Assembly (NCBI RefSeq): GCF_027921745.1
Contig: NC_079238.1
Location: 5,084,001 to 5,148,000, forward strand
Length of the DNA stretch: 64,000 nt
From: Schizosaccharomyces osmophilus
Lineage: Eukaryota
Direction: 5' to 3'
A program made the position numbers and the translations under genes. Shown here piece after piece: positions 1 to 12,120 of this stretch. The notes under the pieces were generated by a model. The model did no database searches, was not told the origin of the DNA, and saw only the letters and a list, made by a program, of their open reading frames with translations. How positions within the stretch are numbered: the first letter of the stretch is position 1; the number at the start of each line of letters is the position of its first letter.

Positions 1-140
1 ATTCTGGAAATTCTGGCTTTGTTACAATAGACACACATGGTCCTATAAACAGTTTGTTGAAAGACTAAAAAAAACTACTTCATTGTTTGTTATATTTTAG
101 ATTCTTCTACCGATTCACCTCGTTGCTGAATAATAGCACT

Positions 141-1112
141 ATGTCTGGCTCTTTTTCACAGTTGCTTTTATGCATGGTTGGCATTTATGGATCCTTCCTT
201 TCATGGGCCGTCATGCAAGAGAAGATTATCACTCGAACCTATGATGGAGAGAGATTTCGTTGTCCTGTATTGCTTACGCTAGCCCAGGCTATGACAACGG
301 TTTTATGTGGATTTGTCTGGAATTGGTTACATGGAGTACGAACAAAAGGCTTGGCCGAACCCAAATTCCTTGGCTACTTTGCTGGCATTGCTCTTTCCTC
401 AAGCTTAAGCTCTTACTTTGGATACGCCAGTATGTTTCATTTGTCATACCCAACGGTGATTCTTGGGAAATCATGTAAGCTCTTGCCCGTCATAGCCCTT
501 CATGTTTTTCTTTACAAACGCAGGTTCCCTCCTCACAAATACCTAATTGTCTCAATGATTACCTCTGGAGTCACTGTATTCAGTTACTTTCAGAGCGCTG
601 GCTCGAAAAGTAAGCATGCTGAGAATGACAGTTTATTGGGCTTGGTTCTCTTGTTTTTTAATTTACTTATGGACGGGATTACAAACACCACCCAAGACAG
701 AGTCTTTGGTAAATACAAGCTTTCAAGCACTAGTATGATGATTGCTGTCAATTTGGGCATTGCCTGCATGAATGCACTATACTTTTTATCGCCTTTTTCG
801 AATCAACGGGAAGCTTTGGCATTTTTACAAGCTCATCCTTCCATAATTCGTGACATTGTAATGTTTGCGATTACTGGATCTGTCGGTCAGTTATTTATAT
901 TCTATACTTTAGAAAAATTTGGTAGCATTACATTAGTGACGATTACTTTGACACGAAAAATTTTTACAATGCTTCTTAGTATTGTTTATTTCCATCATCC
1001 TGTTTCTTTGCTTCAATGGGTTGGCATCGCACTCGTATTTCTAGGAATCTCAACGGAAGCTTCCTTGAAGATTACCACTAAAACCAATTCAAAAGAACAG
1101 AAAGCAAAATAG
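141..1112 (+). CDS. hut1: ER UDP-galactose/nucleotide-sugar transporter (SLC35B1 family), 323 aa
   Basis: First ATG at 141 (MSGSFSQLLLCMVGIYGSFLSWAVMQEKI); multi-TM with YPTVILGKSCKLLPV, LLMDGITNTTQD and TITLTRKIFTMLLS family motifs; basic C-terminus. Confidence 0.92.
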   Translation: MSGSFSQLLLCMVGIYGSFLSWAVMQEKIITRTYDGERFRCPVLLTLAQAMTTVLCGFVWNWLHGVRTKGLAEPKFLGYFAGIALSSSLSSYFGYASMFHLSYPTVILGKSCKLLPVIALHVFLYKRRFPPHKYLIVSMITSGVTVFSYFQSAGSKSKHAENDSLLGLVLLFFNLLMDGITNTTQDRVFGKYKLSSTSMMIAVNLGIACMNALYFLSPFSNQREALAFLQAHPSIIRDIVMFAITGSVGQLFIFYTLEKFGSITLVTITLTRKIFTMLLSIVYFHHPVSLLQWVGIALVFLGISTEASLKITTKTNSKEQKAK

Positions 1113-1194
1113 ACATTCTAGTTTCTATATTTATTTATATCATCCTTAATTATAAATAATACTTGAATTCATTTCGTCAAGACTTGTACATTAA

Positions 1195-3372
1195 TCATTG
1201 TGAAGCTCCAGTCCGTAAAATTAAGAGTACATGTAAGTATCGATAGACTTTACTAACGAATTCGGCGGCATCCTCGTCCAATGCCATTTCCAATTCTTCC
1301 GCAAGAGATCTCGCGTCTTTATGCTGCCGTACATGTTCTACCGTGAAGGTAATTAAGGAGTCTTCTTGAATTCCAATGTATTCAATGATCTTTTTAGTAA
1401 CGAACTTGTGCATTTCATCCACAAGGAGATCCTAAATAACTGTTAATAACCGTCCCCTCTTTCTTTTCCATTTATAACCTACCTCTGTAACTTTACTCCA
1501 ATCGACAGGACAAGACCAAAGAGCTTCCCTTTCAGCGGGAATCTTTTCAATCATTGTGCGGAGTCTTTCTGCTCTTTCAGCTTCATTTTCTTCCAGCATA
1601 GGTCGATCAGCACCATGCTGTTCGGTTTGCTCATCTACATCTTCTTCTTCCAACAACATTCGTTCAGGAAGACCAATCTCACGTTTAGTTGGCTGAGTAG
1701 CGGCTTTACTTTGCAATCTCATCTTGAATCCTCCTTGCTCTGGCATTTCGCTGCTTACAGCAATAGTACCAGGCGCTGGTTGCTCCCCTTCACCGGTTGT
1801 TTCACGGCCAGCTTGAGCTTCGTCCTCTTGTCGGTCAGCTGCGTCAGCATCTTCTTCTCTAGCTTTAGCAACAGCTCTATGACGAATCCATGCTGCACGG
1901 TCAACAAAATATTCATCATGAGAAATTCTTGCCTCTTCATCGTCGTCAAAAGACGCAAGTTTTTCAGACATGTAGGCTTTCGAAGAGGTGAAAGCTATTC
2001 TATCTTCCCGTTCCCTTGCGGCTTCTCGTTCCAAAGCTGCACCTCTAGCTTTCTCGCGATTTAACCAACGACGTTCTCTAGCGTAGTAAGCATCCATTTC
2101 AAGATCTTCCTTCTTGCCCATTTCTTTGGCATATATTTCTTCATCAGGCATTGTTTCAGGGATGCCGGATTCTAATTTTAAAAAGGTTTCAACGGCGGAT
2201 CGAGGAAGGCGAGAAACCCGATGCCTAGATAATAACTCTTGAAGCTCTTCATTTTTCTTACGGAACTCTCTTCTTTCCTGTTGCTTAAACTCCCGATGCA
2301 ACCTTGCATACTCATCTCTTGCTCGCTGTTTTTCACGTTTTCGCAAAGCTGAACGATCGCGGAAGGAGCGAATTTCTTCCTCTATGACAGGAAGAAGCTC
2401 TGGATTAATCCCTTCTAAATCAGCAGAATTGATTGGAATTTCAAGTTTACGGCTCTCGTCGAGAGACTTTTCGGATTTTTCTCGGGCCTGCCGAGCAGCA
2501 TTCTCAATCCGAGTACGTACCTCTTTGTTACCAATATCCTGACTGATTCTCTCCAAATTTGCGTGAATTTGTTGAAGACTAAGGCTTTCTTTTTGTCTAT
2601 TTTTATAACGATTTTGTTTCCATTCCTGATATAATGGTTCATTTTCTGCTTCCGTAAGAATGGTAAATTTGGTAGAGGGCTTTCCTTCTTCCAGAGAAGG
2701 AAGGACAAAATCTTGCAAAGCTTCCAATGCTCTGCTAAATTGCTCACTGGACTCGAACTCGGCAAATCCATAAGAAGCCTGTTCTCCTTCAGCATCCAAA
2801 ACACGACGCCAGCAAGCCAGCTTGCCGGACAACCGCAAAATTTTATCAATCCAAAAATCATTTAAGCTGCTTGGAATGTCACCCAAGACGAGCGTCCTAC
2901 GAAGTTGTTGGGTATTTGGAGGAACGAAAGGGCGTGATTCCTTTTGTGTATTAGCTTTCTCATTCACAGACGTAGATGGATTCCTTTTCTCTTCCTGGTC
3001 AATGGTTTTATGATTCTTCTGCACTCCCTGCTGGTCTTCTTTTCCAACATATGTGCCACCGGTTTCTTCTGCTTTTTTTGGTAATCGACCGAAGTTCAGC
3101 ACCGGCTGAGAAAAGTCAAATGGGGTAGTAGCGTCTGGTGTAGCAGCTGCAAATATAGAATTCTTCGATCCATATAGTTTACTATATGTGCCTTGAAACC
3201 CAGCTGGCAAGGGCGCAAATACGGGTTGGGCAGGAATCGCGTATGGCATGCCATTACTCATAGTAGGGACCTGTTGCCCTGAAGGTAACGCAACAGAAGC
3301 TATATTTTATTAGTTAACAAAAGAAAAAAACCCACTTTTATTTCAATTCTTACGTTGATTCTGCCTCTGCAT
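1195..3372 (-). CDS. usp107: U1 snRNP-associated protein (Snu71/RBM25-like; RRM, charged coil, PWI), 3 exons: 3372-3354, 3299-1483, 1431-1195
   Basis: GTAAG..TAG (3353-3300) and GTAGGT..TAG (1482-1432) introns join in frame; RRM-like YGFAEF; PWI-like C-terminus (VTKKIIEYIGIQE...LDEDAAEFVSKVYRYL). Confidence 0.88.
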
Positions 3373-3602
3373 GATATTGGAGAAGAGTCAAGTTGTTACG
3401 CGTTTGTCAACAAAAAGTGCTCACTACTTCGCGTTGGTATTCTCAATCAAGTTTAGGCCTCATTTATAGCACGCGTCAAAGTTAATTTAAGTCAATATAC
3501 CGTAGTACGCAATGTAATATTACGGTTTGTAACGAGGGTGTATTTTGTATTCTAAGGGCCTTCCTTCACCGTTTGCACTCAACGAGAGTTCTACCGTATA
3601 AA

Positions 3603-4071
3603 ATGAAATGGTCGGGCTTTTTAATGGATTCTGTGAGCGGTCGCACGCGTTTTGCATACAATGAAAGGGAATTCAAGAGACAACAAGGTACGGGGATTGT
3701 TTTCGCTGGAATTGCTTCCCTATATGGGAATAAGCTGTTACTATCGGGTTATGAGGAATTTCACTGACAAATGTTTTGCAGAGGATGCTGAGAAATTACA
3801 AATGAGTCTGAACCGAATGGTTCCTGCTGCAGAAACAAAAGATTTAGGCGCATGCGTCACGGTAGGAAACAGTCTTACCAAGGCTTTTCGTCAGGTGGAT
3901 CGTATTTGTATGAGAAATAATGTTCCCCGTCAATTCAAAAATCAACGGTTTCATGAAAAACCTAGTGAAAAGCGTTCACGTCTTCGCTCAGAAGCCCATC
4001 GAGCAAAGTTTCGTGCCGGTATTATACGACTTGTTAGTTTAGCAAAGAATATGAGACGCTGGGGATATTGA
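3603..4071 (+). CDS. mrp21: Mitochondrial ribosomal protein bS21m, 2 exons: 3603-3687, 3782-4071
   Basis: GTACGG..CTGAC..CAG intron 3688-3781 joins the two ORFs in frame; S21 motif QRFHEKPSEKRSRLRSE. Confidence 0.85.
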
Positions 4072-4767
4072 GAAAAAAGCTTTTAAAAATAAACTTGCAT
4101 GCTAGCTGACTTTCTGAATAATGCGGTCGTTACTTGCTAACACTTACATTTTTGATTGATTTTCGGTACACAATGTCTTTCAAATCAGATGCTACTTCCA
4201 TTAATCTTTTGATGCCTCCCCTCTTACATTCCAATATGTACATACTTTACGGGTTCCATTTGGAGTTTTGCAGTGGAACATATATGAACAGTTCTGGGTT
4301 CGCTAGGTTTTTGTTCAACCTGAACGCTTCGAAGCTAAATTGCCTACCTTTCAAGTACCAAGTAAACAAAAATGAAAACATCGCTTGCATAATAGCTTGA
4401 AAGCTTATGTTAGTACTTAAAAGTGTTCTCTTCGTAATGATAGATAATTTTCAATTCAAAAAGTGAATTGAATGAGCGTGTTCAAAAATCCAGAAATTCG
4501 CTAAAAAATAATTAAGAACCTATAAATAAACTGTTCAATAAATTGATTGCACTTACTTTTCATACTTTTATTTTATAAGCGATGTATGTATTTCGCAAGG
4601 TTACTGTATTTGTCACTTTCGATTGTGTTACCCACCAAGTATATCAGCATCAAAACATAATAACCTCTCTTAAACACAACAACATAACCGCTGCTGAGCG
4701 GTAATATCGGAATTCATCGAATTGAAAAGGAAATTTTGATGCAATTGCTTATGCTCAAACAATCGAG

Positions 4768-7700
4768 ATGTTTGGTAGACTTTTAATTCTTGGGATTCTG
4801 TTCCACCTTGTTTACTTGAAGTCCATCTTTGACATCTACTTTGTGACGCCTCTGGCTCATGGAATGGGACAGTATGAAGCTGGACAACCACCTGCGAACC
4901 GTCTTTTTCTGGTTGTTGGTATGTAGAGAGACCCTTAGACTAGCTTCGCATAGCGACTTAGGCGTGATACCTTTGCCTCGCTTTCTGTTGAAGCAGTGTT
5001 TCTGCTCTAATCTGAATTCTTATTGTGATATTTTTACTTACTAATTCTCTCATTTAGGTGATGGATTGCGTCCAGACAAACTTTTTCAACCTCACCCTGA
5101 AAGCATCGTTGGAAAGGGTCAGACGTACGCTGCACCATTCTTAAGGTCTATCGTTTTAGAAAATGGTACCTTCGGAATCTCACATACGAGAGTTCCGACG
5201 GAATCTCGCCCTGGTCATGTTGCTTTGATTGCTGGATTTTATGAGGATGTGTCTGCTGTTACCAAGGGCTGGAAGACGAATCCTGTAAACTTTGATTCTG
5301 TGTTTAATCAAAGTCGTCATACGTTTTCCTTTGGTTCGGAAGATATCCTTCCTATGTTCTCTGAGGGAGCTTCCGATCCTGCTCGTGTAGATACCTTTAT
5401 GTATGGTCCTGAACTCGAGGATTTTTCCGGTAGTGGAATTGTGACAGATGAGTGGGTATTTGATAAAGTCGACAAGCTTTTCGAGGATTCTTATACTGAT
5501 CGTAAGCTATGGGACTTACTCCATCAGGATAAAATCGTTTTCTTTTTGCATCTTTTGGGAATTGATACCATTGGACACAATAAACATCCAGATTCAATTG
5601 ATTATATGCAAAATATCCAATACATCGATCAAGGAATAAAGGAACTCGTTGGAAAAGTTAATCGCTACTACGAGGACGACGGCGCATCTTCTTGGGTTTT
5701 CACAGCCGATCACGGGATGAGTGACTATGGAAGCCACGGAGACGGTGCTCCGGAGAATACCCGGACGCCAATCGTTGCTTGGGGTGCTGGTCTTAACAGT
5801 CCAACCTATGAGAAAGGCGTAGGCCATGATGAATTTTCTGCCCCATGGAATTTGTCAAGTGTAAAGCGCGTAGATATTCGGCAAGCTGATGTTGCTGCAC
5901 TCATGTCGTACTTAATTGGTGCTAATTTTCCTGTGAATTCTGTGGGCCAGATTCCGTTAGATTTTTTAAATTGCAGTATGAAGAGAAAAGCTGAAATTTC
6001 TTTAATGAATGCTCTAGCAATCGGTGAACAGTATAATCGTAAGGCTTTCCTCAAGGCTAATAGCAGTTTCCATTTCCGACCCTACGCTCCTTTAAAAGCT
6101 TATGAGGCCTCGAAACAGCATATTTTAAATCTTGTGGAAAACCACATTCAAGAAAATAACTTTAAGGAAGGAATTCTTGCCAGCATAGAATTTTCAGAAA
6201 GCGCTCTGCAGGGTCTAAGATATCTTCAACGGTACGATTGGTTTCTGTTACGATCGATAGTACTTCTTGGCTATCTTTCTTGGATTACCTATGTGATATC
6301 CTTTGTTTTTAGTAACAACACGCATCCTGAAATGAAACAGAAAAACTGTATATCTGTTTTCCAGAGAGTTATATTTAACTTGCCACTGCTAATTGTATCT
6401 TCGTTCTTCTATCATCAATCAAGCCCATCCTTCTATTACGCGTATGCGGCATTCCCGACTGTCTTTATCCAATTAATATATTCCGACTTTCCTAATGTCA
6501 AGATGGGTTACAGAAAACTTATAGAAGACGAGAAGATAAGCAATGGATTCTCTGTGTACAATATTGTATCCATTGCTTTGTATATCTTCGGTTTGCTGCA
6601 ATTCGTTGTATACAGTTATTTCCACCGTGAAGGGTTCTCGGTATTTTTGATCATCTTTGCCGCTTGGCCTTGGTTTCTTCATACCGACTTTGCTTTACTC
6701 CATAAATCTTTGGTTAACACATGGTCCTTGTTGAACATCTCGTTGTGCTCTTTTACTTTATTACCGGCAACTAAAAAGGAATCACTGCCATTAATTTGCT
6801 TGGGGGGTTTGGCAATGATTACCGTGGGCGGTTCATATATTGTCTATCGGAAACGACAAATTTATCAAATGAACTCGACTGTGAAGAATTCTCACCTTGC
6901 ATCTCAAATTTTGATTCTAATTATGTCATTCGTCGTGACATTAAAGTTGACAGATTCTTTGCAGAAAAATGTGCCCATCTCGCCATGGCTAAGAACGTTC
7001 GCTTCCTTCTTGCTGATTTCTTCGTATATTGTACCCCTCTTGAAAATACCAGGATGCAATCATTACTATTTAGACCGTTTAGCAGTGCTGTTTTTGATGT
7101 TTGCTCCAACAATGTGTATGTTGTCGATATCATTTGAATCCTTGTTTTACGTGGCTTTTTTCTTGACACTTGGACTATGGACACAGTTGGAAGCGAAGCT
7201 TCAAGAACATATGAAGCTGAGCATGGACAGCAGTGGTAGAAGGCTCAAATGCAAGCTTGGCTTAACTGTTTCTCACTTTAGAGTGTCCCTATTTTTTTAC
7301 ATATTTTTAAACATTGCCTTTTTCGGAACCGGCAATATAGCATCGTTATCCTCATTTGCCCTTGATTCTGTCAAGAGATTGATTCCCGTCTTTAATCCAG
7401 TAAGTACTAGTTTACAAACTTGTTTATGTATGATATTCTAACTTATTAACAGGTGGCTCAAACTGCTCTGTTACTTTATACAATCATTATCCCTTTCGTC
7501 GCCCTGTCTGCCGCCTTTGGAATTATGAACAAGAGATTAGGAGGGATTCAGCAAATTACCTTTTTCTTGGCGATCGGTATGGCAGACTTCGTTACTATCA
7601 ACTTCTTCTATCTTGTGAAAGACGAAGGTTCATGGCAAGACGTAAGTGTTTATTTCACTTTGAAACAGAATACTAACTGTTTGTTTAGATTGGCATAAGT

Positions 7701-7820
7701 ATAAGTCACTTCTGCATTAGTAATTTGTTGATTTTGTTCATTATTATTTTAGAGCGTGCAGGTGCTATACTTTCAGCGAAAGTTTCATACCATTGTTACG
7801 AAAAAATCAAAGCTAACTGA
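4768..7820 (+). CDS. its8: GPI ethanolamine-phosphate transferase 1 (Mcd4/PIG-N), 4 exons: 4768-4918, 5058-7399, 7453-7641, 7689-7820
   Basis: LFLVVGDGLRPD restored by splicing; [24 protein letters not shown] and FFGTGNIAS motifs; canonical GTATGT/GTAAGT..CTAAY/TTAAC..AG introns. Confidence 0.93.
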
Positions 7821-8005
7821 TGAAAAAAACACGGTTATTTATATTTATTATTCGAAGCTGAATATAATGATAGTTTAATCAGATACTGAAAAGGATAAAT
7901 ATGGGTGATTATGATTGTAAAAACGAATAATGAACTAAAAAAGAACGAAAGTGTAGGAATTAAAACGAGAGCAAAGAAAAAAAATAAAGAAGGATTACAT
8001 GTAAG

Positions 8006-8422
8006 TTATTCGATCATGTTTGGGACGTTTCCAAAGCGAGACCTCCATGCAAGAAATCCGCCATGGAGTATATAGATAGAAGGTAACTTTTGGAAGGATT
8101 CTTCTTTTTCAACTGAGGATAATTCCTTTTTAGACCATAGATTTTGAGCTTTAGAACGCAAAGTCTCGTAAAGGATTCTGGCAGCTTTTGGTCCACGCAT
8201 TTGAGAGTATGTGCAATGGACAACAATATCCTTTTGCTGTAAAAGTTGCTCAACATACTCATCTACTAAAGCGAGAAACTGTTCGGATGGAATATTAATG
8301 CATCCAGGAATATGGCCTCCTTCAAAATCATCATCACGAACATCAATTACTGAGATTTTATCCTGACCTCCTGCTAGAAGATCTTTTAGACTCTCTGCAG
8401 AAATGTAATTCAAAGAGCTCAT
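8006..8422 (-). CDS. ibp1: Cdc25-family rhodanese-fold phosphatase, 138 aa
   Basis: ATG at 8422; VIDVRDDDFEGGHIPG and HCTYSQMRGP (HCX5R) motifs. Confidence 0.88.
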   Translation of the reverse strand: MSSLNYISAESLKDLLAGGQDKISVIDVRDDDFEGGHIPGCINIPSEQFLALVDEYVEQLLQQKDIVVHCTYSQMRGPKAARILYETLRSKAQNLWSKKELSSVEKEESFQKLPSIYILHGGFLAWRSRFGNVPNMIE

Positions 8423-9006
8423 CCTTGCTATAATTTGCAATGCAAATCAAAAATTGTCAGTAGTGGGAAAGAGTTATTGAATTTTAAGAAAGAAAAATAC
8501 AGGTAACGATGTTTTTTGTTTTGAATACGATATGGCCTTTAAGATGATTTTTTGTAAGTAGGGAAGAAATTTCGGTTTTTACGAAATATGCAGCCTTTTT
8601 TTTTACTTGGATTCATTATATATTAATTATGATTAAATAAATTATTTTTTATGTTCTTGTCTGTTGCCTTAAAGAAATTAAAGGACCATAAACAAATAAA
8701 CAAAGCGAGGAAGCAAATGCGTACGGGTCGATGGAGAATGGAGAAAAAGAAATTCAACTGAAATTAAGAGAGCTCATAAACACAAAACTTAAATCCTTGC
8801 TTGTATAGAAGTGGTCTCATAAACGTAAACGATAGGAACAAAAGAACGTAACAAGTGGTGAAACTGAAGAATAATAAAAATTATTTGGATGAAGGATAAT
8901 GATCAAAACCAAAAAAAAGTAATAAATGAAGAAAGGGACTGGTTACACATAGGAAGAATGCTTCGTATATAGAGTACCAATTTCGAGCATTGCCCATACA
9001 TGGTAC

Positions 9007-12000
9007 TCATGAAGGAACATTTCGAGACTGTATAAAGAGCCGCTTCTCCAAGTCAGTTTCCGATAACTTTGACTGGGAAGTTATTGTTCGACTTAGGGTT
9101 CTTCTTAGCTTGCCTTTACGGTGAGGCTTGCTCAAAGTACGCCGAATGAATTTCCATGATTCTGCAAAGATGAAGAAAAGGATAACTGCAACAGCAACAA
9201 CTCCCCATTCCCATCCAATTGATTTATGCTTGAATACATCGCTGTTTATAACAGGAATATAAATCGTAGGAAACACTGATGCAAAGGCCAAGGCAATGGC
9301 CCATACGAGAAACCTGTTTTCAACCAGTTTCCTGAAAAAATAGCCAAAGGTCCATTCTCTCCAGGAAATTCCATCAAGATTAAAAAATGAGTTGTCAAAG
9401 TTTTTGACTTCAAATCCCATTATCAGAACACAAAATGTTACTACACAAAAAACAGCAGATCTCGCACGAAACACTTCTCTGCAGCCGTCATGATAATAGG
9501 AATTGCAATCGTAGCCCAAATTTCCAGTTCCAAAAGCATATATGATCACTACCCAGGTCATCAGTGACATGACACCAATCAAAAGCCCATAGGCTATCAT
9601 GTCGAAAATAAGACTTTTTGTAAAAACTCCTACTCTATTATCATGAGGAAGGCGCTCCATAATATCCGGTTGAGCTTTTTCCATACCAAGTCCCATCGAA
9701 GGAAAGGACGATGTAATCATATTACACCACAGAATTTCTACAGGAGACATTGGGAAAACCGACAAATGGTGGATATCACGAAAGGCAAGACCAACAACCA
9801 GAAGGATTACTTCGCCGACGTTGGATATTAAAAGATGCAAAACGAATTTCATGATATTGTCAAAAATTCTACGACCCTCCTCAATAGCATTTACTATTGA
9901 CGAAAAGTTATCATCAGTCAGGACAATATCACTAGCGTCTTTAGCAACATCACTTCCGTTCAATCCCATCGCAATTCCTACGTCGGCTTGCTTTAACGAA
10001 GGAGAATCATTGACACCGTCGCCAGTCATAGCAACATAGGCTTTTCTTCGATGCAAGGAATGAATCATTTTTACTTTGGTTTGCGGTGCACATCTGGCAA
10101 TGACCAAGCAGAGAGCTTTCATATTGTCTATTTCTTGATCAGATAGAGCATCAAATTGCGGGCCAGTCATAATCATCCACGACATGTTTGGGTCTTTATC
10201 TGAAATATACGGTGGAATAATACCCACTTCTTTGGCAATGGCCTTTGCCGTTTCAGGATGATCACCTGTAAGCATGTGTACACGAATGCCGGCACGATGA
10301 CAGAGATTAACAGCCTCTTTGGATTCAGCACGAGGAGGATCATAAATTCCAACAAGTGAAACAAAATCCAAATTTGATTCAACATCTTCTCTAGGAACCG
10401 CTTCCCATTCAGTTGAATAATGAATGGATTTTTTCGCCAAAGCTAAAACTCGAAGCCCTTGGGAAGCAAGCGTTTCCATTTGTGCCAATACAAGGTTTCG
10501 CCTTTCATGATCTAATGGATGTGCCGCAATGGTTTTACAACGTTCCAAAACTCTTTCAACAGCACCTTTGGCGTATACTTCTGGATTGCTTTCCTTCTCT
10601 TGCATTACAACCGACATACGTTTAAGTTCAGAATCAAAAGGGTATTCACGCAAGAGTTTGTGACTCTTTAAAAGCTCTTCTCTTCCATAATTAAAGCGTG
10701 AAGAAAAAACGTGAAGAGCAATTTCAGTGGGTTCTCCCTTTGCGACCCAATTGCCTTCTTTGTTTATACTAACAGTAGATAAATTACAAAGCGAAGAAAT
10801 TTTGAGAACTGGATCTAACTCTTTAAAGGCACGCAAATCTTTCATCTCTTCAAGTTTTTGATTCTTGGCATTTGCAAGTGTCTCCATTGGCTGATGAACG
10901 GTAGAAACGGTACCTGCTGTTGGATCAAAAGGGCTTGAAGTTTCAACTACAAGAAATCCAAAAGACGGAATCCAAACACGACGAGTGATCATTTTTCCTT
11001 GGGTGATGGTACCAGTTTTGTCAGAACAAATGTCCGTAACACCGCCTAAAGCTTCGAGTGCTTCTAGTTTTCGGACAATTACACGACGAGCAGACATATT
11101 CTTTTGACCCAAAGCCATAGTGATCGAAAGAACCGCAATCAAGGATTCAGGGATAATGGAGATGCCCAACGAAATGGCATAAATTGAAACTTCATTACTG
11201 ACATGAAACGTATGAGCTGCCATAACTACGATGGCAAGAACTATGGCGATAATAAACAGCACATAGGCAAGGACAGTCAGCTTTTGCTGAAGGGGAGTAC
11301 CAACATTGAGACCGAGGATGCGTTTAACGTAATATAGGAAAACTCGGAAACGATATGTTTTAAGGTTTTTCTTATAATTTTCGTCACTTGGATCAGGTTT
11401 TTGGGAAAAAATTGGATGAGATTGACGAAGACTAGCTGCGATGCCACCAATTTCCGTATTCATACCGGTAGCATAACAAATCCCAGTTGCGCGACCTTTA
11501 GTAACAACAGAGGAGGAGTAAGCAAGATTGATGCGATCTCCAACGGGGACCTCTTCGCTCGTGTCAAAAACGGCTCGGGCATTTTTGACGACAGGGAGGG
11601 ATTCGCCTGTAAGAAGTGCTTCATCCGTTTCGAAATTGATAGTTTCAACAAGTCGGATGTCAGCAGGGACAACGTCTCCGGTTTTAAGAGTAGCGATATC
11701 CCCAGGTGCCAACATATGAGACTCTATAGTCTCTTGTTTACCGTCGCGGATGACATGTGCCATGGGAGAAGCGAGAGAGCGAAGGGAGTCCATTGTTTTC
11801 TCTGCCTTGTATTCTTGAACAAAGCCTACAACGACGTTGAGGACAATAATGGCAGATATGACACCACCCTCAATCCAATCAGTTGTTCCAAACGAAAGGG
11901 CTGCAGCAAGAATAAGGACTACGCACATGGCATTTAACACTTGTCGAAAAAATATATTCCATGCAGAGACACCTTTATCGCTCTGAAGACGGTTTTCGCC

Positions 12001-12120
12001 GTATTCCGATATGCGCTCATGGGCAGTTTGAGAAGGAAGACCGGACTGAACACTTGTTTGTAATTGTATTTCAGCATCTTCAATACTGGAAAAATGGATA
12101 GGGTTTTTTAATTTTAGCAT
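9007..12120 (-). CDS. cta3: ENA-type P2D Na+/K+ exporting P-type ATPase, 1037 aa
   Basis: ATG at 12120; TGES, DKTGT, KGA, MLTGD and TGDGVNDSP motifs. Confidence 0.95.
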   Translation of the reverse strand: MLKLKNPIHFSSIEDAEIQLQTSVQSGLPSQTAHERISEYGENRLQSDKGVSAWNIFFRQVLNAMCVVLILAAALSFGTTDWIEGGVISAIIVLNVVVGFVQEYKAEKTMDSLRSLASPMAHVIRDGKQETIESHMLAPGDIATLKTGDVVPADIRLVETINFETDEALLTGESLPVVKNARAVFDTSEEVPVGDRINLAYSSSVVTKGRATGICYATGMNTEIGGIAASLRQSHPIFSQKPDPSDENYKKNLKTYRFRVFLYYVKRILGLNVGTPLQQKLTVLAYVLFIIAIVLAIVVMAAHTFHVSNEVSIYAISLGISIIPESLIAVLSITMALGQKNMSARRVIVRKLEALEALGGVTDICSDKTGTITQGKMITRRVWIPSFGFLVVETSSPFDPTAGTVSTVHQPMETLANAKNQKLEEMKDLRAFKELDPVLKISSLCNLSTVSINKEGNWVAKGEPTEIALHVFSSRFNYGREELLKSHKLLREYPFDSELKRMSVVMQEKESNPEVYAKGAVERVLERCKTIAAHPLDHERRNLVLAQMETLASQGLRVLALAKKSIHYSTEWEAVPREDVESNLDFVSLVGIYDPPRAESKEAVNLCHRAGIRVHMLTGDHPETAKAIAKEVGIIPPYISDKDPNMSWMIMTGPQFDALSDQEIDNMKALCLVIARCAPQTKVKMIHSLHRRKAYVAMTGDGVNDSPSLKQADVGIAMGLNGSDVAKDASDIVLTDDNFSSIVNAIEEGRRIFDNIMKFVLHLLISNVGEVILLVVGLAFRDIHHLSVFPMSPVEILWCNMITSSFPSMGLGMEKAQPDIMERLPHDNRVGVFTKSLIFDMIAYGLLIGVMSLMTWVVIIYAFGTGNLGYDCNSYYHDGCREVFRARSAVFCVVTFCVLIMGFEVKNFDNSFFNLDGISWREWTFGYFFRKLVENRFLVWAIALAFASVFPTIYIPVINSDVFKHKSIGWEWGVVAVAVILFFIFAESWKFIRRTLSKPHRKGKLRRTLSRTITSQSKLSETDLEKRLFIQSRNVPS

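Noticed and set aside
87..140. TTG/GTG-initiated N-terminal extensions in the ORF track (hut1, cta3, dcn1, frp1, mae2 and others)
   Set aside because: Bacterial-style start calls; eukaryotic ATG starts were used instead
4919..5057. Relatively long its8 intron 1 as a possible snoRNA host
   Set aside because: A CTGA is present but there is no convincing C box, terminal stem or H/ACA structure
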